Shown piece after piece: positions 19,303 through 37,293 of a stretch of 64,000 nt of DNA. The translations under genes and the position numbers were made by a program. The notes under the pieces were generated by a model. The model did not search any database. It was given only the letters and a program-made list of their open reading frames with translations, and had not been told where the DNA came from. Within the stretch, counting starts at the first letter, position 1, and the number at the start of each line of letters is the position of its first letter. This DNA is from Gemmatimonadales bacterium. Lineage in GTDB: Bacteria; Gemmatimonadota; Gemmatimonadetes; Gemmatimonadales; JACORV01. The DNA lies in NCBI GenBank assembly GCA_049513575.1, contig JBEKVZ010000005.1, forward strand, positions 64,005 through 128,004, given 5' to 3'.

Positions 19303-20231
19303 TGCGCGCCACCCTGCTCGCCCTCGGGCTCGCGCGCAGCTTCGCCGCCGGCCGCCGGCAGCCCCGCATCCGCGCCTTGGACGGCGCGGACCTGGTGGCG
19401 TTGGCCGGCGAGTGCATCGGCCTGGTCGGGCCCAACGGGGCGGGGAAGTCCACCCTGATGCTGGTTGCCGCCGGACTGCTCGACCCGGATGGCGGTGAGG
19501 TCTGGGTCTGCGGGCGGCGGGCGCGGAGCCTCGAGGCCCGGCGAAGCGTCGGATTCGCGCCCGAGCAGCCCGCCTTCTTCCCCGAGCTGACGGTGCGCGA
19601 GGTGCTGGAGCATTTCGCGGCGGCACACGCGACGAACGCCGTCGCGAGGCGCGCCCGCGTGACGGAGGCGCTGGCCCTGGGCGGCCTCGAGGAGTGGGCG
19701 GAGCGCCGTGCCGCCACGCTGTCGCGGGGTATCGCCCAGCGGCTGGCCCTGGCGCAGGCGGCGCTGGGCCGCCGCGAGCTGGTCCTGCTGGACGAGACCC
19801 TGTCGGGCATCGACCCGTTGGCGCAGCGCGACGTACGGGAGCACATCCGCTCCCTCGTGGAGCGCGGCATCACGGTGGTCCTCTCGTCCCACGACCTCGC
19901 GGCGGTCGAGCGCCTCGCCCACCGCGTCGCGATCCTGAACCACGGCCGAACGGTCCGCGTGCTCGAGGCGTCGGACCTCGCGCAGGGCCGCGCCCTGGTG
20001 CTCGTCGTGGAGGGGTCGCCGCGGGCGGCGGCTTCGGCGCTGGCCGAACGCTATCCGCAGGTGGTGTGCGAGCCGGCGGGCGCGCGCGTCGCGATCGGGC
20101 CGCGCGAAACCCCGGAGGGGATCCTGGCCTACTGCCGGGAGCGCCGGATCGGTGTCCGCGCCTCGCGCGTCGTGTCGCGCACGCTGGAGGAGGTCGCGGT
20201 AGCCACCCTCCTCGGCCAGCAGGCTGGATGA
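19302..20231 (+). CDS. ABC transporter ATP-binding protein
   Basis: ATG 19302 overlaps the previous stop. Walker A is GPNGAGKST, the signature is LSRGIAQRL, and Walker B is LVLLDE. Confidence 0.85.
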   Translation: MRATLLALGLARSFAAGRRQPRIRALDGADLVALAGECIGLVGPNGAGKSTLMLVAAGLLDPDGGEVWVCGRRARSLEARRSVGFAPEQPAFFPELTVREVLEHFAAAHATNAVARRARVTEALALGGLEEWAERRAATLSRGIAQRLALAQAALGRRELVLLDETLSGIDPLAQRDVREHIRSLVERGITVVLSSHDLAAVERLAHRVAILNHGRTVRVLEASDLAQGRALVLVVEGSPRAAASALAERYPQVVCEPAGARVAIGPRETPEGILAYCRERRIGVRASRVVSRTLEEVAVATLLGQQAG

Positions 20232-20983
20232 GACGGAATCCGATGCGCGGCGCGGTGCTGCCCCTGAGGGTGCTCTGGTCGCCCGGCGCGGCGCTGGACG
20301 AGGCTCCGATCCACCGCGTGGTCGCTTCGGCGAGCCTCGTCCTCCTCGTCGCTGCCCTGGGCGCGCTCGCGCTCCCGCGTCTCCTCAGGCTGCTCGACGT
20401 CGCGCTGCAGCCGACGGGCCGGGAGCTGCTCGACGCCCATCTCGCCGTGCTGCGCATTGGGCTCGGTCGCCTGCTCCTCTTCGAGCGCCTCGTCCTGCCG
20501 CTCCCCTTCTTGGCGGCTGGCACGCTGCTCGCCCTGGCGGCCGCTCCGGTCCTCTCCGGGCGCGGCGTGAGTGCGGGAGCGGTCGTCGCGGTGCTCGCGC
20601 TCGGAGCCGCGCCGCTCCTCGTGCAGCGTGCCGGCGAGCTGGCAGTCGTGCTCGCTACGCCCGGCGCCGGCCTCGGGCCCGGCGACGTCGCGGGCCTCCC
20701 GGCGCGCTTCAACGTCGGCGTCGCCGGCGCGCTGGCCGCGGCCGGGGTCGCGGCGCCAGGGTGGCTCGGCGCCGCGGCGGAGGCGGCGAACGGCGTCGGC
20801 CTGTGGGTTGTCGCGCTCTGGGGGTGGGGGCTCGCGAGGCTCGATCGCGACGCGAGCCGGTCGGTGCGCGGCGCACATACCATAGGGTGGTGCGTCGCCG
20901 CGACCTCGGCTTACGCCGCCGGCTGGGCACTCCACGTCGCGCTCTATCCCACGCTGCTCGTGCTGGTGATGGGCGCTCCGTAG
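20228..20983 (+). CDS. Polytopic membrane protein (Yip1-like, tentative)
   Basis: ATG 20228 overlaps the ABC ATPase stop (ATGA). It has 5-6 hydrophobic segments. Confidence 0.5.
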   Translation: MRRNPMRGAVLPLRVLWSPGAALDEAPIHRVVASASLVLLVAALGALALPRLLRLLDVALQPTGRELLDAHLAVLRIGLGRLLLFERLVLPLPFLAAGTLLALAAAPVLSGRGVSAGAVVAVLALGAAPLLVQRAGELAVVLATPGAGLGPGDVAGLPARFNVGVAGALAAAGVAAPGWLGAAAEAANGVGLWVVALWGWGLARLDRDASRSVRGAHTIGWCVAATSAYAAGWALHVALYPTLLVLVMGAP

Positions 20984-21061
20984 TCCCGGCGGGCGCCAGA
21001 CCGCGGGCGCGACCCGCCGAGCAGTTGAACCCGGCCGCCCGCCGGGCTACCTTCGCCCGCT

Positions 21062-21658
21062 GTGATCACCCACCGCGTTTCGTTCGCCCTGGGGGCGCCG
21101 CTGCTCCAGCGCCGCATCACCTGGGAGCTGGACCTCGATCTGCTGCTCAGGGGCGCCGGCAAGGTCCTCGTCATCCTGCTCCTGGCGTACTTCGCGCGCT
21201 GGGTGCTGCGCCGGCTCGCGCGCCGGGTCACCCTGCACGCGCAGGCTGGGGACCCGGCGACGGTGGGGGCCCGGACGCAGCGTGCCGCGACGCTGGCGCA
21301 GATCCTGACGTACGTCGGCACGATCGTCATCGTCATCGTTGCCGGCCTCTCGATCCTCGACATCTTCATCAACATCGGCCCGCTCCTGGCCGGCGCCGGC
21401 GTACTCGGCCTGGCCGTGTCGCTCGGCTTCCAGACCGTGATGAAGGACGTCGTCACCGGCTTCCTGATCGTGCTCGAGGACCAGTATGCGGTCGGCGAGC
21501 GCGTGCGGATCGGTGACGTCGAAGGCACGGTCCAGCAGCTCACCCTCCGCAGCACCGTGCTCCGCGGTGACGACGGGACGCTGCACCACGTCGCCAACGG
21601 CTCGCTCACGGTCGTCGCGAACCTGTCCCGCCGGAACGTCGGCCGGACTCCCCGATGA
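21062..21658 (+). CDS. Small-conductance mechanosensitive channel (MscS family), short form
   Basis: The pore-helix region GPLLAGAGVLGLAVSLGFQ and the beta-domain motif GERVRIGDVEGTVQQLTLRSTVLR are present. Confidence 0.75.
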   Translation: MITHRVSFALGAPLLQRRITWELDLDLLLRGAGKVLVILLLAYFARWVLRRLARRVTLHAQAGDPATVGARTQRAATLAQILTYVGTIVIVIVAGLSILDIFINIGPLLAGAGVLGLAVSLGFQTVMKDVVTGFLIVLEDQYAVGERVRIGDVEGTVQQLTLRSTVLRGDDGTLHHVANGSLTVVANLSRRNVGRTPR

Positions 21659-23154
21659 CGCTCCGGCTCTTCAACACCCTGACGCGGCAGGTCGAGGAGT
21701 TCGCGCCCCTCGTCCCGCCGAAGGTCACGCTCTACACCTGCGGCCCCACGGTCTGGAACTACGCACACATCGGGAACTTCCGGACTTTCGTGTTCGAGGA
21801 CGTACTGCGCCGCTACCTCGAGTACTCGGGCTACGCGGTGATCCACGTCATGAACCTCACCGACGTGGACGACCGAACGATCGGGGCGGCGAACAAGGCG
21901 GGCGTCACGCTCGCCGCGCACACGGCGCCGTACGTCGAGGCGTTCTTCGCGGACCGCGACTACTTGCGTCTCGAGCCGGCAACGCACTACCCGCGCGCGA
22001 CCACGCACATCCCCCAGATGGTGGCGCTGATCGAGCGCCTGCTTGCGCGGGGCGTCGCGTACCAGGGCGACGACGGCTCGGTGTACTTCGCGATCGAGAA
22101 GTTCCCGACCTACGGCCGGCTGAGCCGCGTGGAGCACCGCGACCTCAAGGCCGGCGCCCGGGTCTCCTCGGACGAGTACGCCAAGGAGGACGCCCGCGAC
22201 TTCGTGCTCTGGAAGGCCGCGAAGCCCGAGGACGAGAAGGCGGGGGCGGCGTGGGACGCGCCCTTCGGGCGCGGGCGCCCCGGGTGGCACCTCGAGTGCT
22301 CGGCGATGTCGCAGCACTACCTCGGCGAAACGCTCGATCTGCACGCCGGGGGGGTGGACCTCATCTTCCCGCACCACGAGGACGAGATTGCGCAGTCGGA
22401 GGGCGCCACCGGCCGGCCGTTCGTCCGCTGCTGGCTGCACGGCGAGTTCCTGCTCGTGGACGACACGAAGATGTCGAAGCGCTACGGGAACTTCGTCACG
22501 GTGCGCGACCTCAGGGACGACGGGCGCGAGCCCGCGGCGCTGCGCTACCTGCTCTGCAGCACGCACTACCGCAAGCAGCTGAACTTCACCCGCGACGCGC
22601 TGGAGGCGGCCGCGGCGGGCGCCGCGCGCCTCGGCGAATTCCGCCAGCGGCTCGTCCGCGCGGCGGCGCAGGGGGCGGGGGGCGCACTCGCCCCGCTCGC
22701 CGACGCGCTGGAGCAGGAGTTCAGGGCGGCGATGGACGACGATCTCGACGCGCCGCGCGCCGTCGCCACGCTGATGAACTTCGTGCGCGACGCCAACCGC
22801 GCGCTCGACACCGGCGGCGTCGGGAAGGAGGAGCTCTCCCGCGCGCTCGGCGTCTTCGATCGCACGTCGGGGGTCCTCCAGGTGGTTCCGGCGGAGGCCG
22901 CGGTCGGCCGGGTGGAGGCACCGACGGCGCCCCCCCGGGAGGCCGTGCCCATCGGGCCGCCCCAGGCCGGCGAGGACCTCGGCGCCTGGGCCCGGCGGAT
23001 GGCTGAAGAGCGCGCCCGGGCCCGCGGCCGCCGGGACTTCAAGGCCGCCGACGAGGCCCGCCGCCTCCTCGCCGAGCACGGCTTCGAGGTCCGGGACACG
23101 AAGGACGGGGCCGTCGAACTGAGGCCCCTCGCGGCGAAACCGCGCCCCGCTTGA
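21655..23154 (+). CDS. cysS: Cysteine--tRNA ligase
   Basis: Has a HIGH-like HIGN motif (YAHIGNFR) and KMSKR. Conserved CysRS sequence runs throughout. The start overlaps the mscS stop (ATGA). Confidence 0.95.
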   Translation: MTLRLFNTLTRQVEEFAPLVPPKVTLYTCGPTVWNYAHIGNFRTFVFEDVLRRYLEYSGYAVIHVMNLTDVDDRTIGAANKAGVTLAAHTAPYVEAFFADRDYLRLEPATHYPRATTHIPQMVALIERLLARGVAYQGDDGSVYFAIEKFPTYGRLSRVEHRDLKAGARVSSDEYAKEDARDFVLWKAAKPEDEKAGAAWDAPFGRGRPGWHLECSAMSQHYLGETLDLHAGGVDLIFPHHEDEIAQSEGATGRPFVRCWLHGEFLLVDDTKMSKRYGNFVTVRDLRDDGREPAALRYLLCSTHYRKQLNFTRDALEAAAAGAARLGEFRQRLVRAAAQGAGGALAPLADALEQEFRAAMDDDLDAPRAVATLMNFVRDANRALDTGGVGKEELSRALGVFDRTSGVLQVVPAEAAVGRVEAPTAPPREAVPIGPPQAGEDLGAWARRMAEERARARGRRDFKAADEARRLLAEHGFEVRDTKDGAVELRPLAAKPRPA

Positions 23155-23179
23155 CCCCTTCCGTGGCACGCATTATGCT
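23151..23179 (+). promoter_or_regulatory. Putative sigma70-type promoter for the tRNA/rpmG-secE-nusG cluster
   Basis: TTGACC (23151-23156), a 17-nt spacer, then TATGCT (23174-23179), about 33 nt upstream of the first tRNA. It overlaps the cysS stop. Confidence 0.4.
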
Positions 23180-23211
23180 TCAAGGCTCGCGCAAACTCGA
23201 CTGTTTGACGC

Positions 23212-23287
23212 GCTGACGTAGCTCAATAGGTAGAGCAGCTGATTTGTAATCAGCAGGTTAAGGGTTCGAGTCCCTTCGTCAGCTCCA
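23212..23287 (+). tRNA. tRNA-Thr (anticodon TGT)
   Basis: Hand-folded cloverleaf: GCTGACG/CGTCAGC acceptor, anticodon loop TTTGTAA, TTCGAGT T-loop. CCA is encoded. Confidence 0.9.
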
Positions 23288-23384
23288 GTGGTTAAGGAGA
23301 GGAGATCCGGGCCGACCAACACGCCACCCCGCGCAACCGCACGCGGGGTGGTCTGTTCAGCGCCCTAACGGATACGGGCAGCAG

Positions 23385-23467
23385 GGTGGGGTGCCCGAGT
23401 GGCTAAAGGGAGCAGACTGTAAATCTGCCGGCGTACGCCTACGAAGGTTCGAATCCTTCCCCCACCA
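23385..23467 (+). tRNA. tRNA-Tyr (anticodon GTA)
   Basis: Nearly collinear with E. coli tRNA-Tyr (GGTGGGGT.CCCGAG.GGC.AAAGGGAGCAGACTGTAAATCTGC...). It has a long variable arm. Confidence 0.9.
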
Positions 23468-23469
23468 CT

Positions 23470-23542
23470 GCGGGCGTAGCTCAGTTGGTAGAGCATCAGC
23501 CTTCCAAGCTGAGGGTCGCGGGTTCGAGCCCCGTCGCCCGCT
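23470..23542 (+). tRNA. tRNA-Gly (anticodon TCC)
   Basis: GCGGGCG/CGCCCGC acceptor and anticodon loop CTTCCAA. Confidence 0.9.
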
Positions 23543-23543
23543 T

Positions 23544-23616
<73 letters not shown>

Positions 23617-23659
23617 CTGCTGTGAAGCGGCGATGCGCAGGAAGTGAAAGTGAGACGAG

Positions 23660-23812
23660 ATGGCGCGCGATAAGATCATCCTGGCGTGCGGCGACTGTAA
23701 GGAGCGGAACTACTTCACCACCAAGAACCGCCGGAAGCATCCCGAGCGGGTCGAGTGGAAGAAGTACTGCCCGCGGTGCCACAAGCACACGCTGCACAAG
23801 GAGACGAAGTGA
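23660..23812 (+). CDS. rpmG: 50S ribosomal protein L33
   Basis: Own translation: [50 protein letters not shown]. It is too short to appear in the ORF track. Confidence 0.85.
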   Translation: MARDKIILACGDCKERNYFTTKNRRKHPERVEWKKYCPRCHKHTLHKETK

Positions 23813-24090
23813 GCTTCGGCACGATCGCCATCGCCGTGGTGGCGCTCGCGGCGTTCGCGGCCGTCCTGGTCTGGCGCGCCCAGGTCCGCGCGATGGCGCG
23901 GCAGACCGTGGCGTTCGTCGGCGAGGTCAACGGCGAGGTCCGGAAGGTCACCTGGCCCGACCGCCAGCAGCTCCGGAGCGCGACCGGCGTCATCATCCTG
24001 TTCGTGGTGATCGTCGCGATCATCATCGGGTTGATGGACGTGATCCTCCAGGGGATCCTCGTGAAGTGGCTTCCGGCGTGGCTGCGGTGA
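23809..24090 (+). CDS. secE: Preprotein translocase subunit SecE
   Basis: GTG 23809 overlaps the rpmG stop. The conserved motif [13 protein letters not shown] is followed by a TM helix. It is syntenic between rpmG and nusG. Confidence 0.8.
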   Translation: MSFGTIAIAVVALAAFAAVLVWRAQVRAMARQTVAFVGEVNGEVRKVTWPDRQQLRSATGVIILFVVIVAIIIGLMDVILQGILVKWLPAWLR

Positions 24091-24107
24091 CGGGGGCGGG
24101 GACGACG

Positions 24108-24650
24108 ATGGAGCACCGCTGGTACGCGATCCAGACGACCGCGGGCCACGAGAACAAGGTCCGCTCACTGATCGACCGCCGCATCCAGGAGGACCCGCGC
24201 CCGGCCGAGGAGAAGCCGATCCGCCAGGCGCTGGTCCCGACCCAGGAAGTGGTCGAGATCAAGAACGGCAAGAAGGTCAACGTCGAGCGGAAGCTGTACC
24301 CGGGGTACGTGCTCGTGGAGATGGTCGCCAACCAGGAGACCCTCCACGCGATCAACAACATCCAGGGCGTGATCAAGTTCGTGGGCACCGGGCGCGACCC
24401 GATGCCGCTCCGCCAGGAGGAGGTCAACCGCCTGCTGGGCGTGGCCGAGGCGGTGACTGAGACGGAGCCCAAGGAAGAGATCCCGTTCCTGATGGGGCAG
24501 GTGGTCGAGATCATCGAGGGACCGTTCTCCGACTTCAGCGGTACGGTGGAGGAGGTCCTGCCGGACAAGGGGAAGGTGCGCGTGTCGGTGAGCCTGTTCG
24601 GGCGGCCGACGAGCGTGGAGCTGGACTATCTGCAGCTCCGGGCGCACTAG
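24108..24650 (+). CDS. nusG: Transcription termination/antitermination factor NusG
   Basis: Starts MEHRWYAIQTTAGHENKV. The KOW region is GQVVEIIEGPFSDFSGTVEEV. Confidence 0.95.
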   Translation: MEHRWYAIQTTAGHENKVRSLIDRRIQEDPRPAEEKPIRQALVPTQEVVEIKNGKKVNVERKLYPGYVLVEMVANQETLHAINNIQGVIKFVGTGRDPMPLRQEEVNRLLGVAEAVTETEPKEEIPFLMGQVVEIIEGPFSDFSGTVEEVLPDKGKVRVSVSLFGRPTSVELDYLQLRAH

Positions 24651-24654
24651 AGGA

Positions 24655-24716
24655 GGGTGCCAGGTGTCAGGTGTCGGGGTCCTTTCCCCGACACCCGGAA
24701 CCCGACACCCGATCCC
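24655..24716. terminator. Palindromic element built from GGTGTCR heptamers (after nusG)
   Basis: Sequence: GGGTGCCA GGTGTCA GGTGTCGGGG tccttt CCCCGACACC CGGAACC CGACACC CGATCCC. The core is a perfect 10-bp stem. Confidence 0.55.
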
Positions 24717-24792
24717 TTTGGACCCGCGACCGCGCGGGTGATCGCGGCAGCTGGCGGCCGGCTCACGAGCCGCAGCGAGAGGTGAGGGACGC

Positions 24793-25221
24793 ATGCCACC
24801 CAAGAAGGTCCAAGCCGTCGTCAAGCTCCAGGTGCCTGCCGGAGCGGCGACACCGGCGCAGCCCGTCGGGTCGGCGCTGGGGCCGCACGGCATCAACATC
24901 ATGGAGTTCGTCAAGCAGTTCAACGCGCGCACCGCGAGTCAGGCGGGCGTGGTGATCCCGGCCGTGGTGACCATCTACCATGACCGGTCGTTCACCTTCG
25001 TCACCAAGACGCCGCCGGCGGCCGCGCTGCTGCTCAAGGAAGCCGGGATCGAGAAGGGCTCCGGCGCGCCGAACCGCGACAAGGTGGGGAAGGTGTCGCG
25101 CGCGGCGGTGAAGAAGATCGCCGAGCTCAAGATGCCGGACCTCAACGCCAACACGATCGAGCAGGCGATGGCCATGATCGCCGGCACCGCGCGGTCCATG
25201 GGGATCGAGGTGACGGACTGA
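24793..25221 (+). CDS. rplK: 50S ribosomal protein L11
   Basis: Conserved L11 sequence ([34 protein letters not shown]). Confidence 0.95.
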   Translation: MPPKKVQAVVKLQVPAGAATPAQPVGSALGPHGINIMEFVKQFNARTASQAGVVIPAVVTIYHDRSFTFVTKTPPAAALLLKEAGIEKGSGAPNRDKVGKVSRAAVKKIAELKMPDLNANTIEQAMAMIAGTARSMGIEVTD

Positions 25222-25910
25222 TGGCCACCCGGGGCAAGAAGTACCGCGCGGCGGTCGAGCGGTTCGATCCGCAGGCCCGGTTCGAGCCGCGCAAGGCGAT
25301 CGAGCATGTCAAGCAGTCGGCCTACGCGAAGTTCGACGAGACGGTGGACATCGCACTCCGGCTGGGCGTGGACCCGCGCCACGCAGACCAGATCGTGCGC
25401 GGCACCGTCGTCCTCCCGCACGGCACGGGGAAGAAGGTCCGCGTGCTGGTCATCACGCAGGGGGACAAGACGCGCGAGGCCGAGGCCGCGGGCGCCGACT
25501 TCGTCGGCGTCGAGTACGTGGCCAAGATCAAGGAAGGCTGGCTCGACGTGGACGCGATCGTCGCGACGCCCGACGTCATGGGCCAGCTCGGCCCGTTGGG
25601 CCGGATCCTCGGCCCGCGGGGCCTGATGCCGAACCCCAAGGCGGGCACCGTCACGATGGACGTCACCAAGGCGGTGCGCGACATCAAGGCGGGCAAGATC
25701 GAGTTCCGCGTGGACAAGTCGGGCAACGTCCACGCGCCGATCGGCAAGGTGAGTTTCAGCGTGGAGCAGCTCGAAGCGAACTTCACGGCGTTCATGGACA
25801 CCATCGTGCGCTCGAAGCCCTCGGCGGCCAAGGGGACGTACATCCAGACGGTCGCCCTCTCGAGCACGATGGGGCCCGGCGTCCGTATCGACCCGGCGAT
25901 CTACCGATGA
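25221..25910 (+). CDS. rplA: 50S ribosomal protein L1
   Basis: Conserved L1 sequence ([34 protein letters not shown]). Confidence 0.95.
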   Translation: MATRGKKYRAAVERFDPQARFEPRKAIEHVKQSAYAKFDETVDIALRLGVDPRHADQIVRGTVVLPHGTGKKVRVLVITQGDKTREAEAAGADFVGVEYVAKIKEGWLDVDAIVATPDVMGQLGPLGRILGPRGLMPNPKAGTVTMDVTKAVRDIKAGKIEFRVDKSGNVHAPIGKVSFSVEQLEANFTAFMDTIVRSKPSAAKGTYIQTVALSSTMGPGVRIDPAIYR

Positions 25911-26431
25911 ACCGCACCGAGAAGCAGACCGCGATCGACGCCCTGACCGCCAAGCTGTCCGGCGCCAGCTCGATCTACGTGACCGACTACGCCGGGCTCA
26001 ACGTGCACAACGTCACGGAGCTACGGCGCCGCCTGCGGCGCGCTGGCGTCGAGTACCTGGTCGTCAAGAACACCCTGGCCCTCCGGGCCCTGGCCGGCGC
26101 CAAGATCACCGGCCTCGACGCGCACTTCGCTGGGCCGACCGCCGTGGCGCTCACGGGCGCGGACGCCGCCGCCGCCGCCAAGGTGCTGACCGAGTTCGCC
26201 AAGGAGTTCCAGAAGCCGGCGGTCAAGGCCGCGGTCGTGGACGGGCAGGAAGTCTCGCCCGCCCAGGTCAAGCGGCTGGCCCAGCTCCCGCCGCGCGAGG
26301 TCCTGCTGTCCGAGCTGGCCGGCGCCCTCAACGCGCCGCTGTCCGGATTCGTCGGAGTCCTGTCGGGGCTCCTGTCCACTTTCGTTGGCGCCGTCGAGGC
26401 GCTCAAGGCGCAGCGCGATACCGCTGCCTGA
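25907..26431 (+). CDS. rplJ: 50S ribosomal protein L10
   Basis: Its position between rplA and rplL and its L10-like sequence support the call. The start overlaps the rplA stop. Confidence 0.9.
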   Translation: MNRTEKQTAIDALTAKLSGASSIYVTDYAGLNVHNVTELRRRLRRAGVEYLVVKNTLALRALAGAKITGLDAHFAGPTAVALTGADAAAAAKVLTEFAKEFQKPAVKAAVVDGQEVSPAQVKRLAQLPPREVLLSELAGALNAPLSGFVGVLSGLLSTFVGAVEALKAQRDTAA

Positions 26432-26454
26432 CCACTGAAGGGGAACGCACCACG

Positions 26455-26838
26455 ATGGCAACCACGACCCTGTCGAAAGACGAGATCCTCGAGGCGATCG
26501 GCCGCATGTCGGTGGTCGAGCTGGCCGACCTCATCGAGGCGTTCAAGACCAAGTTCAACGTCACGATCGCCGCGCCCGTCGCGGCCGCCCCCGCGGCCGG
26601 CGCCGCGGCCCCGGCCGTCGAGGAGCAGACCGAGTTCACGGTCGTCCTCAAGGAGGCCGGCGCGAAGAAGATCCAGGTCATCAAGGTCGTCCGCGAGCTC
26701 ACCAGCCTCGGCCTCAAGGAGGCCAAGGACCTGGTGGACGGCGCGCCGAGCACCGTGAAGGACGGCGTGCCGAAGGCCGAAGCCCAGGCGATGAAGGCGA
26801 AGCTGGAAGAGCAGGGTGCCACGGTCGAGCTGAAGTAG
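26455..26838 (+). CDS. rplL: 50S ribosomal protein L7/L12
   Basis: Ala/Pro hinge and the conserved C-terminal domain ([27 protein letters not shown]...). Confidence 0.95.
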   Translation: MATTTLSKDEILEAIGRMSVVELADLIEAFKTKFNVTIAAPVAAAPAAGAAAPAVEEQTEFTVVLKEAGAKKIQVIKVVRELTSLGLKEAKDLVDGAPSTVKDGVPKAEAQAMKAKLEEQGATVELK

Positions 26839-26919
26839 GACTGGCTACGCACGACGTTCGCGATCGCAGGTTGATGCCCCACCGCACCGGGGCCTTTTGC
26901 GCTGCCCGAAGGACGGATC

Positions 26920-31413
<4,494 letters not shown>

Positions 31414-31416
31414 CCG

Positions 31417-35700
<4,284 letters not shown>

Positions 35701-35708
35701 GAACTGCA

Positions 35709-35785
35709 GGGGTTAGGGGCTAGGGCGTAGGGGTTAGGGCTGGGGTGGAAGGACCCTACCCCCCACACCCTACACCCTACCCCCT
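35709..35785. terminator. G-rich/C-rich heptamer-word palindrome (GGGNNTA x5 then TACCCNN words) after rpoC
   Basis: Sequence: GGGGTTAGGGGCTAGGGCGTAGGGGTTAGGGCTGGGGTGG aagga CCCTACCCCCCACACCCTACACCCTACCCCC. It ends 5 nt before the next gene's ATG. Confidence 0.5.
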
Positions 35786-35790
35786 TTGTC

Positions 35791-37281
35791 ATGGCACCGC
35801 ACCGCCTTTCCAAGTCCCGGTTCACGGCCGGCCTCCAGTGTCTGAAACTGCTCTGGTGGCGCGTCCACGATCCGAAGGCGCCGGAGCTCGTCCCGGACTT
35901 TCTTCTCCAGGCCACCTTCGAGCGCGGTCACCGCGTGGGCGCCGTCGCCCGCGGCTACGTGCCCGGCGGCTCGCTGGTCAACCTGCCGCACTACGCGGCC
36001 GATGCGCGCGTCGCGCTGACCGCGGAGTTCCTGGCTCAGTGCGCGCCGGCGATCTACGAAGCCTCCTTCGTCGCCGACGACACCTTCGTCGCGGTGGACA
36101 TCCTCGAGCGGCAGGGGCGCGCGTTCTCCCTCGTCGAGGTCAAGTCCACGACCTCGGTCAAGGACGCTCACCTCCCCGACGCCGCGATCCAGGCGCACGT
36201 GCTCCGGCGCGCGGGCCTCGACGTGCCGCGGGTCGAGGTGATGCACCTCAACCGCGAGTGCCGCCACCCGGACCTCGCGAACCTCTTCGCCCGCGCGGAC
36301 GTGACCGAGCGGGTCGAGCAGCTACTGCCGGAGATCCCGGACCGGATCGCCGAGCAGCTTGCGGCGCTGGACGGCCCCCTGCCGGAGGTGCCCATCGGCG
36401 GCCACTGCGACACGCCGTACGAGTGCCCCTTCAAGAACCGTTGCTGGCCCGTACGTGCCGAGCATCACCTCGGCACACTGTACCGATGGGGGAAGCGAGC
36501 CAGGGAGCTCGAACGCCAGGGCTACGCCACGATCGCGGATCTCCCGGACAATCTCGACCTCGGCGAGATCCCCGAGCGGCAGCGGAGGGCGGTGCGGGCG
36601 GGTCGGATGATCGTCGAGCCGTGGCTGGGCAAGGCGCTGAAGATCTTCGACAAGCAGCCGCTCGGCTTTCTGGACTTCGAGACCGTGGGGGCCGCGATCC
36701 CCGTCTGGCCGGGCTGCCGCCCGTACGACGCCGTGCCGGTGCAGTTTAGCTTCTTCCTGGATCGGGGCGAGGGAGAGCGGGAGCATTACGAGTGGCTGGC
36801 CGAGGGCTCCGCGGACCCGCGGCCGGCCTTGGCGGAGCGGCTCGTGGCGGCGTGCAGCAGTGCCAAGGCGATCGTGGCGTACAACGCGGGTTTTGAGCGC
36901 CAGTGCATCCGGGGGCTCGCGGAGGCGGTGCCGGTGCTCTCCGAGCCGCTGCTCGCACTCGAAGCGAGGCTGGTGGATCTCCTGCCGGTGGTGCGAAACC
37001 ACGTCTACGACCTGGCCTTCCACGGCTCCTTCAGCCTCAAGTCCGTGCTGCCTGCGCTGGTGCCGGGCCTGACCTACGACGATCTGGCGATCGCGGACGG
37101 CGACACGGCGAGCGTTCTGCTCGAGCGGATGTTGCTGGGAGACGGGCAGGGGCAGGGATCCGGTCAGCTCGTTCTCTTCGCGGCGGCGCCGTCGCCCGTT
37201 CGCGCCGACCTGCTCGCCTACTGCAAGCGGGACACGTGGGCGATGGTCAAGCTCCTCGAGCGGCTGCGGGGTCTGGTCTAG
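35791..37281 (+). CDS. DUF2779-family protein (N-terminal PD-(D/E)xK/Cas4-like nuclease plus C-terminal RNase H-like exonuclease fold)
   Basis: The N-terminus LSKSRFTAGLQCLKLLWW is typical of DUF2779. It has a Cys cluster (CDTPYECPFKNRCW) and FLDFET...AYNAGFER...YCKRDT DEDD-like motifs. Confidence 0.7.
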   Translation: MAPHRLSKSRFTAGLQCLKLLWWRVHDPKAPELVPDFLLQATFERGHRVGAVARGYVPGGSLVNLPHYAADARVALTAEFLAQCAPAIYEASFVADDTFVAVDILERQGRAFSLVEVKSTTSVKDAHLPDAAIQAHVLRRAGLDVPRVEVMHLNRECRHPDLANLFARADVTERVEQLLPEIPDRIAEQLAALDGPLPEVPIGGHCDTPYECPFKNRCWPVRAEHHLGTLYRWGKRARELERQGYATIADLPDNLDLGEIPERQRRAVRAGRMIVEPWLGKALKIFDKQPLGFLDFETVGAAIPVWPGCRPYDAVPVQFSFFLDRGEGEREHYEWLAEGSADPRPALAERLVAACSSAKAIVAYNAGFERQCIRGLAEAVPVLSEPLLALEARLVDLLPVVRNHVYDLAFHGSFSLKSVLPALVPGLTYDDLAIADGDTASVLLERMLLGDGQGQGSGQLVLFAAAPSPVRADLLAYCKRDTWAMVKLLERLRGLV

Positions 37282-37293
37282 CGCTCGACCCGG

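Noticed and set aside
26839-26919. rplL-rpoB spacer hairpin GCCCC-ACCGCACC-GGGGC followed by CTTTTG as the classical rplL-rpoB attenuator
   Set aside because: The stem is only 5 bp and the T-run is short. The position is plausible but the evidence is too weak to list as a feature.
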